Positions 57,569 through 64,000 of a stretch of 64,000 nt of DNA are shown piece after piece. Source of the DNA: Clostridia bacterium (GTDB lineage Bacteria; Bacillota; Clostridia; Oscillospirales; CAG-272); NCBI GenBank assembly GCA_017420755.1, contig JAFQOG010000016.1, positions 5,768 through 69,767 on the forward strand, read 5' to 3'. The notes beneath the pieces were generated by a model, which saw nothing but the letters and a program-made list of their open reading frames with translations, ran no database searches and was not told the DNA's origin. Position 1 is the first letter of the stretch; the number at the start of each line of letters is the position of its first letter. The translations under genes were made by a program, and so were the position numbers.

Positions 57569-59014
57569 ATGTTATACGATGTTGTAATCATTGGCGCTGG
57601 AATTAGTGGCGCTATGTGTTCATATATGCTATCAAAATATGATGTTAGTATTGCGGTTTTGGAGGCAGGAGAGGATATTGCCTCCGGCTCAACACGCGCA
57701 AATTCCGCAATCGTTCACGCAGGCTACGACGCTAAGGAGGGCACTCTAAAAGCGCTTTTGAATGTGCGTGGCTGTGAGATGATGGAGGGCATCGCAAGGG
57801 CACTTGATGTCCATTATCAACGATGTGGGTCGCTTGTTGTTGGCTTTAATGAGGCTGATAGAGCGCATATAGAGCTTCTTAAAAGGCGCGGAGAGGCAAA
57901 CGGAGTTACAGGACTTCGCATAATAGAGGCGGAGGAGCTTCACGAAATGGAGCCATATGTTGCCCCTGATGCTACCTGTGCGTTACTTGCTCCTACTGCA
58001 GGCATAGTTTGTCCGTATGATTTGGCATTCGCTGTGAGTGAAAATTCTGCTATAAATGGTGCGGATTTTAAGTTTAATTTTAAGGTAGATAAGATACAAA
58101 AAAATGGCGATGTGTTTGAAATTTATTGTCAAAATGAGGTTGTAAGGGGCAGATATGTTCTAAACTGTGCAGGCCTATATTGCGATGAAATAGCGACTCT
58201 TGCAGGTGATCCATTACCATTTACAATCATTCCTCGTAGGGGAGAATATATGCTCCTTGATAAAACAGAGAGTAAAATCGCCTCTCATACACTATTTGTA
58301 ACCCCAAGCGAAAAGGGAAAGGGAATACTGGTTTCTCCGACCGCTGACGGAAATATAATAGTTGGACCAAATGCCAATCTCGTAGAGGAAAAAAGCGACA
58401 CAAGCGTTACCTATGAGGGACTCGATGAAATTGCAGAGGGAGCTAGGCGTATTGTTCCAACAATCAATTTAAAGGCAAATATCACATCCTTTGCAGGCGT
58501 TCGTCCAACTCCATCGACAGGCGATTTTTATATCCAACCATCAGAGAGTATCGAAAACCTAATTCATGTTGCCGGAATTGAATCCCCGGGTCTTGCATCA
58601 TCTCCTGCAATTGGCGAATATGTGGTTGAAATTCTCAAAAAGTGTGGACTTGCGCTTTCTAAGAGAGAAAACTACATTCCCACTCGTTCAAAAAACGGAA
58701 ACTTTAAGCTATTTTGCGATATGACTGACGAGGAGCGTAGCGAGGCAATAAAGAAAAATCCCGCTTATGCAAAAATGATTTGCAGATGTGAAAACATCAC
58801 AGAGGGCGATATTTTAAATGCTATTTACAGACCTATCCCTGCCCATACCGTCGATATGGTTAAGCGCAGAACAAGATCGGGCATGGGAAGATGTCAAGGT
58901 GGATTTTGTCGCACCCGTGTCGCAGATATAATATCAAGAGAGCTTGGAATTCCACTCTCCGAGGTTAGAAAATTCACTAAAAATTCTAAAATCCTTTATG
59001 GAAAAACCAAATGA
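57569..59014 (+). CDS. FAD-dependent oxidoreductase with C-terminal BFD-like [2Fe-2S] domain (glycerol-3-phosphate dehydrogenase/LhgO-like)
   Basis: 'IIGAGISG', 'NSAIVHAG', 'GIESPGL', 'ICRCE...RTRSGMGRCQGGFC'. Confidence 0.88.
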   Translation: MLYDVVIIGAGISGAMCSYMLSKYDVSIAVLEAGEDIASGSTRANSAIVHAGYDAKEGTLKALLNVRGCEMMEGIARALDVHYQRCGSLVVGFNEADRAHIELLKRRGEANGVTGLRIIEAEELHEMEPYVAPDATCALLAPTAGIVCPYDLAFAVSENSAINGADFKFNFKVDKIQKNGDVFEIYCQNEVVRGRYVLNCAGLYCDEIATLAGDPLPFTIIPRRGEYMLLDKTESKIASHTLFVTPSEKGKGILVSPTADGNIIVGPNANLVEEKSDTSVTYEGLDEIAEGARRIVPTINLKANITSFAGVRPTPSTGDFYIQPSESIENLIHVAGIESPGLASSPAIGEYVVEILKKCGLALSKRENYIPTRSKNGNFKLFCDMTDEERSEAIKKNPAYAKMICRCENITEGDILNAIYRPIPAHTVDMVKRRTRSGMGRCQGGFCRTRVADIISRELGIPLSEVRKFTKNSKILYGKTK

Positions 59015-59021
59015 GGCTTAA

Positions 59022-60290
59022 ATGAAAAAAAGGCTAGTTATAATTGGAGCAGGTCCGGCAGGGCTTTGCTCTGCAATAGGCGCAACAGAGGCGGGATTGT
59101 CTTGTGATGACATTCTCTTGCTTGAGCGTGAGGACGAGCTCGGTGGCGTCTTAAATCAGTGTATTCATGATGGCTTTGGAGAATACACCTTGGGCGAAAG
59201 CCTTACAGGAACGGAATATGCTGAGCGTTTAATAACCGAGGTTAAAAAAAGAGGTATTCCATATCTTACAGGTTCAACAGTGCTTTCAATTACGCCGGAT
59301 AAGGAAATAACTCTTGTGTCATCTACACTTGGATATACAAGAATAAGCGCAGAGGCAATAATTCTTGCTATGGGCTGTCGAGAGCGCTCACACGGCTCTC
59401 TTCGTATAGCAGGAACGCGTCCGGCAGGAGTTTTCTCGGCAGGAACTGTTCAACGCTTTATCAATATAGAGGGACAGCTCCCCGGCAAAAAAGTAGTTTT
59501 ATTTGGCTCGGGTGATATAGGTCTCGTTACTGCCCGTCGCTTGACAATTGAGGGCGCTAAGGTTTTGGGCGTATATGAAAGAAAGCCACATCCCACGGGA
59601 CTTGATAAAAATATGAAGGAATGTCTTGAGGAATTCGGCATTCCATTCTATACCGGAAAAACAATCTCTAAAATTCTAGGTAAGGAAAGAGTAGAGGGCG
59701 TTTTAATATCAAGCGTTGACGAAAATCTTAAAATTATCAAGGGCACAGAACAGCTTGTAAAATGCGACACTCTTGTTTTATCACTTGGACTTATCCCCGA
59801 TAACTCTATTCCACAGGACACCGGAATAGCGCTTGATAGGATTACGGGTGGAGCTATTGTTAACCAAAGATATGAAACACAAATAGAGGGCATATTTGCT
59901 TGCGGAAATGCCCTTCATATACATGATTATGTTGACCACATCGCAAGAGAGGCAACTAAAACCGGAATCAATGCGGGTGAATGTTTGCTTGGTAAAATTC
60001 CAAAAGCAACTCATCAAATAAAAATTTCGCATAATAAAAATGTCAAATATACCGTTCCACAAAAAATAGATTTTCCTTTGAAAAGCGAGGAATATGTTAC
60101 GCTTTCGTACAGATCTATAAAAGTGGTAAAAAATGCCAAAATATCGGTTTTGGCAGATGATGAAGAAATCTATACCGAGGCATTAGAGGTTATAAGGCCG
60201 TCAAGGCAACACAAAATAAGGCTCACCTCAGATATGCTTGAAAAAATATCAAAGGCAAGCGTCCTTGCTTTAAATGTAACGGAGGAGTAA
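59022..60290 (+). CDS. Pyridine nucleotide-disulfide oxidoreductase (partner subunit)
   Basis: 'IGAGPAG', 'LGGVLNQCIHDGFG', 'GCRER', 'GSGDIG', 'FACGNALHIHD'. Confidence 0.88.
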   Translation: MKKRLVIIGAGPAGLCSAIGATEAGLSCDDILLLEREDELGGVLNQCIHDGFGEYTLGESLTGTEYAERLITEVKKRGIPYLTGSTVLSITPDKEITLVSSTLGYTRISAEAIILAMGCRERSHGSLRIAGTRPAGVFSAGTVQRFINIEGQLPGKKVVLFGSGDIGLVTARRLTIEGAKVLGVYERKPHPTGLDKNMKECLEEFGIPFYTGKTISKILGKERVEGVLISSVDENLKIIKGTEQLVKCDTLVLSLGLIPDNSIPQDTGIALDRITGGAIVNQRYETQIEGIFACGNALHIHDYVDHIAREATKTGINAGECLLGKIPKATHQIKISHNKNVKYTVPQKIDFPLKSEEYVTLSYRSIKVVKNAKISVLADDEEIYTEALEVIRPSRQHKIRLTSDMLEKISKASVLALNVTEE

Positions 60291-60291
60291 T

Positions 60292-60507
60292 ATGATACTC
60301 ACCTCAACAGTAAAAATAAAAAGCAAAAGATATAAGCTTTTGCCGGTCAAGGCGAACTCGGATATCGAGGCATCTCGTCTTAGCGAGGCTATGAATATAA
60401 TAAATAAGCTTCAGCTTGTTGCTCCTGTAACAACAGGACAGATCTTGATCGAGGATTTTCTTGAAAAAGGTATAAATTTAGTTGCAACAAAAACGATTTT
60501 AGAATAA
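60292..60507 (+). CDS. N-terminally truncated DUF1667-family protein
   Basis: 'LTSTV', 'LPVK', 'APV..GQILI', 'LVATK'; GGAGGAG RBS; usual Cys-rich N-terminus absent. Confidence 0.75.
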   Translation: MILTSTVKIKSKRYKLLPVKANSDIEASRLSEAMNIINKLQLVAPVTTGQILIEDFLEKGINLVATKTILE

Positions 60508-60535
60508 AAACGGCAATTTTAATTGCCGTTTTTTT

Positions 60536-60565
60536 ACCGATTATCACCAAAAAAAGACCGAATGG
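60536..60565 (+). promoter_or_regulatory. LytTR-type direct repeat upstream of the ABC operon promoter
   Basis: ACCGATTAT-N12-ACCGAATGG, then TTGAAT (60576) and TAAAAT (60598). Confidence 0.5.
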
Positions 60566-60631
60566 TGAAAATCTATTGAATTTTTTTAAAAAAGGTGTAA
60601 AATAAAATCATCGACAATAAAGGAGGACATA

Positions 60632-61546
60632 ATGGGAAATATCATTGAAATTAATAATTTGAGTAAAAGCTTTGGCGATATCAAGGCAGTTCAGGATTTG
60701 AGCTTTCGTGTAAAGGAAGGCGAGCTTTTTGCGTTTTTAGGAGTAAACGGGGCGGGCAAATCAACAACTATAAATATAATGTGTGCTCAGCTTTCAAAGG
60801 ATAGTGGAAGCATAATTATAAATGGTAACGATCTTGATAGGTCAGCAGATCAAATAAAAAAGGATTTAGGAGTTGTTTTCCAAGCGTCAGTTCTCGATAG
60901 CGCGCTAAGCGTTTATGATAACCTCGAAAGTCGAGGCGCTCTCTATGGAATAATAGGCGAGGCTCTCAAGGCACGAGTTCGCGAGCTTGCAAAAATTCTT
61001 GATTTTGAGGATCTGTTAAAGCGCCCCGTAGGAAAGCTTTCCGGTGGACAGAGAAGACGAATAGATATAGCAAGAGCATTGCTTCATAAGCCCAAAATAC
61101 TAGTTCTAGATGAGCCTACAACAGGACTTGATCCACAGACAAGAAGACTCATTTGGAGCGTTATAATGGATTTGCGTAAAAACGAGGGAATGACGATATT
61201 CTTAACAACGCACTATATGGAGGAGGCAGCCGATGCTGATTTTGTTGTAATAATTGATAGTGGTAAGATTTCTGCCGAGGGTACTCCATTAGAGCTCAAA
61301 AATCAATACACAGGCGATTTTATCACAATTTATGGCTTAGATGAGGACAAGGTGAAGCTCTTAGGCTATGAATATGAGCCGATTCGTGATGCGTATAGAA
61401 TAGCTGTTCCTAACACAAGCGTCGCAACAGAGCTTATAATAGCACACCCGGAGCTTTTTGTTGATTATGAAATCACAAAAGGAAAAATGGATGATGTTTT
61501 CCTCTCGGTAACAGGTAAGGTTTTGGAAGGGGGAGCTCAAAAATGA
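60632..61546 (+). CDS. ABC transporter ATP-binding protein
   Basis: 'GVNGAGKST', 'LSGGQRRR', 'LDEPTTGLD', 'TTHYMEE'. Confidence 0.93.
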   Translation: MGNIIEINNLSKSFGDIKAVQDLSFRVKEGELFAFLGVNGAGKSTTINIMCAQLSKDSGSIIINGNDLDRSADQIKKDLGVVFQASVLDSALSVYDNLESRGALYGIIGEALKARVRELAKILDFEDLLKRPVGKLSGGQRRRIDIARALLHKPKILVLDEPTTGLDPQTRRLIWSVIMDLRKNEGMTIFLTTHYMEEAADADFVVIIDSGKISAEGTPLELKNQYTGDFITIYGLDEDKVKLLGYEYEPIRDAYRIAVPNTSVATELIIAHPELFVDYEITKGKMDDVFLSVTGKVLEGGAQK

Positions 61547-62433
61547 AGACGGCACTAGTTTTGATTAAAAGAAATGTAAAGCTATTCTTTAAGGACAAGG
61601 GAATGTTCTTTACAGCCCTTATTACCCCTGCAATTTTACTTGTTCTATATGTAACCTTCCTAGGAAATGTTTATAGAAATAGCTTTGAATCCGGATTTCC
61701 ACAAGGAATAATGATTTCAAGTGAGGTTTTAGATAGTTTGGTTGGCACACAGCTCGTGTCGTCAATTCTTGCAGTGTCGTGCGTTACTGTTGCGTTTTGC
61801 TCAAACTTCTTAATGGTTCAGGATAGAGCAAATGGTACAGTTAAGGATTTGCTGATCGCACCGGTCAGCACCTCCACCTTGTCACTTAGCTATTATTTTG
61901 CAACTCTTATATCAACACTTATGATTTGCTTTACTGCGACAGCGCTTTGTCTTGTATATATTGCAATCGTAGGCTGGTATCTTTCATTTGTAGATGTTTT
62001 ACTGTTGCTACTTGATACCTTTATTCTTGTTTTGTTTGGAACAGCTCTGTCATCGGTAATCAGCTTCTTCTTATCAACCCAAGGCCAAATATCTGCGGTT
62101 GGAACAATAATAAGTGCAGGCTATGGCTTTATTTGTGGAGCATATATGCCAATTTCCTCGTTTGGAGAGGGACTTCAAACAGCTGTTATGTTCTTGCCCG
62201 GAACATATGGCACATCGCTTCTTAGAAACCATGCAATGAGAGGCGCTCTTGCAGAGCTTCAAGAGCAGGGGATGCCATCACAAGCAATAGATGGCTTAAA
62301 GGATATGCTCGATTGTAATATTTACTTTTTTGACAATAGCGTATCAGCTCCGGTTATGTATGCAGTATTAGCTATATCCGTTGTAGCACTTGTAGGAATA
62401 TATGTGCTTTTGAATAAATTCAAGAAAAAATAA
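61543..62433 (+). CDS. ABC-2 type transporter permease
   Basis: About 6 TM; 'KRNVKLFFKDK', 'GFICGAYMPI'; ATGA overlap. Confidence 0.88.
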   Translation: MKTALVLIKRNVKLFFKDKGMFFTALITPAILLVLYVTFLGNVYRNSFESGFPQGIMISSEVLDSLVGTQLVSSILAVSCVTVAFCSNFLMVQDRANGTVKDLLIAPVSTSTLSLSYYFATLISTLMICFTATALCLVYIAIVGWYLSFVDVLLLLLDTFILVLFGTALSSVISFFLSTQGQISAVGTIISAGYGFICGAYMPISSFGEGLQTAVMFLPGTYGTSLLRNHAMRGALAELQEQGMPSQAIDGLKDMLDCNIYFFDNSVSAPVMYAVLAISVVALVGIYVLLNKFKKK

Positions 62434-62437
62434 AAAG

Positions 62438-62468
62438 AAAAACGAGCCTAATTTTAGGCTCGTTTTTT
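62438..62468. terminator. Bidirectional intrinsic terminator
   Basis: AAAACGAGCCTAA-tt-TTAGGCTCGTTTT, abutting the tRNA 3' end. Confidence 0.8.
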
Positions 62469-62554
62469 GGTGCCGGTGATCGGGGTCGAACCGATACGGT
62501 ATCACTACCACAGGATTTTGAGTCCAGCACGTCTACCAATTCCATCACACCGGC
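62468..62554 (-). tRNA. tRNA-Leu(CAA), type II, encoded CCA
   Basis: GCCGGTG...CACCGGC-A-CCA acceptor stem, D arm 'GGAATTGGTAGAC', anticodon loop CTCAAAA, long variable arm, GGTTCGA T-loop. Confidence 0.95.
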
Positions 62555-62736
62555 ATATTCGCTAGTTGCTCGATTATTTTAGCATACATTTTCGAAAAAT
62601 GCAATACCTTTTTTGAATTTTGATGAAAATTATTTTTTCTCAAATTAAAGTACACAAAAAAGATATTTTGCCCTTTACTTTTTAAAAGGAATATGTTATT
62701 ATAATATGTGAAATTAAATGAAACGGAAAATAAAAA

Positions 62737-64000
62737 ATGACAGAAAACGAAATTCAAAGATTTTTAAGGGCGAAAAGGGCTCTTTTTGATAAGTATTATG
62801 GCTTTTTGAATGAAATGCAAAGAAGGGCTATCTATTCAATAAATGGCCCTGTTCTTATTCTTGCCGGTGCGGGAAGTGGAAAAACCACCGTTTTGGTAAA
62901 CAGAATTGCTCATATTATAAAATATGGAAACGCATATTCATCGTCTAATGTGCCGGAATTTATAACCGAGGATACTCTTGACGATCTTGAAGGCGCAATA
63001 GAGCTTCCAAGAGAGCAAATGGAGAAATATCTGGAGCTTTTTACAAGCGATTCATGCCAAGCACATAGAGTTTTAGCCATCACTTTTACTAATAAGGCAG
63101 CAAACGAAATCAAGGAGCGTTTGGCTAAAATTCTAAACGAGGATGCAAGCGAAATATGGGCGGGCACCTTCCACTCAATTTGCATGCGTATTTTGCGCCG
63201 AAATGGAGAGCTTGTAGGCTATGCCCCTGGATTTAGCGTATGTGATGCAGATGATGCAAAAAAGACAATAGCTAAGTGCATGAAGGATCTCGGAATAAAT
63301 GAAAAGATTTTGTCTATTAAGGATATTCAGGCAATCATCAGTCGCGCAAAGGATAAGCTAATGACTCCACAGGAATATCGTCTTGAGGCAGGGCTTGATT
63401 ATAAATACAGACAGGTTGCTGATATTTATGAAAAATATCAAAAAACTCTTGAAGACTCAAATGTTCTTGACTTTGACGATATAATCATGAAAACCGTATT
63501 GCTTTTGCGTCAAAATCCCGATGTTTTAAGCCAATATCAAAATAAATTTAGATATGTGTGCATTGACGAGTATCAGGATACAAACGAGGCACAATTTGAG
63601 CTTACAAGGCTTTTGTCAGGATTTTATAGAAACATAATGGTCGTAGGTGATGATGATCAAAGCATATATAAATTTCGTGGCGCAACGATAGAGAACATTC
63701 TTAATTTTGATACTACCTATCCTGAGGCAACTATTATTAAGCTAGAGCAGAACTATCGTTCAACATCTAATATATTAAACGCCGCAAATGCTCTTATAGC
63801 GAAAAACTATCACAAGCATCCTAAAAAGCTGTGGTGTGAGAGTAACGAGGGCGATAAAATAATTGTAAAGGAAACCTTAACCCAAAATGACGAGGCTAGA
63901 TTTATAGTTGACGAAATCATTCGTCTAAGACAGGAAAAGGGATATTCATACAAAGACTTTGCGGTGCTATATCGTATGAATGCGCTCTCTCGTAGCCTTG
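62737..64000 (+). CDS. pcrA: ATP-dependent DNA helicase PcrA/UvrD (3' partial; absent from the ORF track)
   Basis: 'LNEMQ', 'ILAGAGSGKTTVL', 'LAITFTNKAANE', 'TFHS', 'IDEYQDTN', 'VGDDDQSIYKFRGA', 'LEQNYRST'. Confidence 0.96.
   Translation, partial: MTENEIQRFLRAKRALFDKYYGFLNEMQRRAIYSINGPVLILAGAGSGKTTVLVNRIAHIIKYGNAYSSSNVPEFITEDTLDDLEGAIELPREQMEKYLELFTSDSCQAHRVLAITFTNKAANEIKERLAKILNEDASEIWAGTFHSICMRILRRNGELVGYAPGFSVCDADDAKKTIAKCMKDLGINEKILSIKDIQAIISRAKDKLMTPQEYRLEAGLDYKYRQVADIYEKYQKTLEDSNVLDFDDIIMKTVLLLRQNPDVLSQYQNKFRYVCIDEYQDTNEAQFELTRLLSGFYRNIMVVGDDDQSIYKFRGATIENILNFDTTYPEATIIKLEQNYRSTSNILNAANALIAKNYHKHPKKLWCESNEGDKIIVKETLTQNDEARFIVDEIIRLRQEKGYSYKDFAVLYRMNALSRSL

Noticed and set aside
60508-62554. 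Genomic island integrated at the tRNA-Leu 3' end
   Set aside because: No integrase and no duplicated tRNA 3' end (att) found by eye.
1-64000. CRISPR arrays, IS elements, prophage, retron/DGR, toxin-antitoxin or defence genes
   Set aside because: No repeat-spacer arrays, transposase, integrase, reverse transcriptase or defence motifs were recognised in any ORF or intergenic gap.

Overview
A 64-kb, low-GC chromosomal segment of a spore-forming Clostridia (Bacillota) bacterium, most likely an uncultured gut/rumen-type lineage (inferred from spoVAF, ytvI, a spoIIQ-like M23 gene, hprK, mrnC and ECF genes); standard genetic code. It is mostly housekeeping genes (trpS, ychF, ruvA/B/C, ecfA/A'/T-truA, a Clp ATPase, proS, hprK, mrnC, pcrA, tRNA-Leu(CAA)). 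These are interspersed with carbohydrate genes (GH36, GH78, a Gfo/Idh/MocA plus TIM-barrel pair, an orphan solute-binding lipoprotein), ABC exporters and several uncharacterised surface proteins. I found no CRISPR array, integrase, transposase, prophage or defence island. Best leads: (1) three unrelated lipoproteins share an 'SSSSES' Ser/Glu tether, and the window also encodes a surface-anchored CotH kinase and a YfhO GT-C, suggesting a possible surface-protein modification system; (2) a ThyX-like protein with replaced catalytic motifs; (3) a membrane-bound XRE/zinc-ribbon regulator with three operator palindromes; (4) two apparent pseudoenzymes (PAS-HATPase-like and NTP-transferase-like); (5) an 8-bp-period AT minisatellite at two convergent gene junctions. 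All family calls come from motif recognition by eye, not from database searches.
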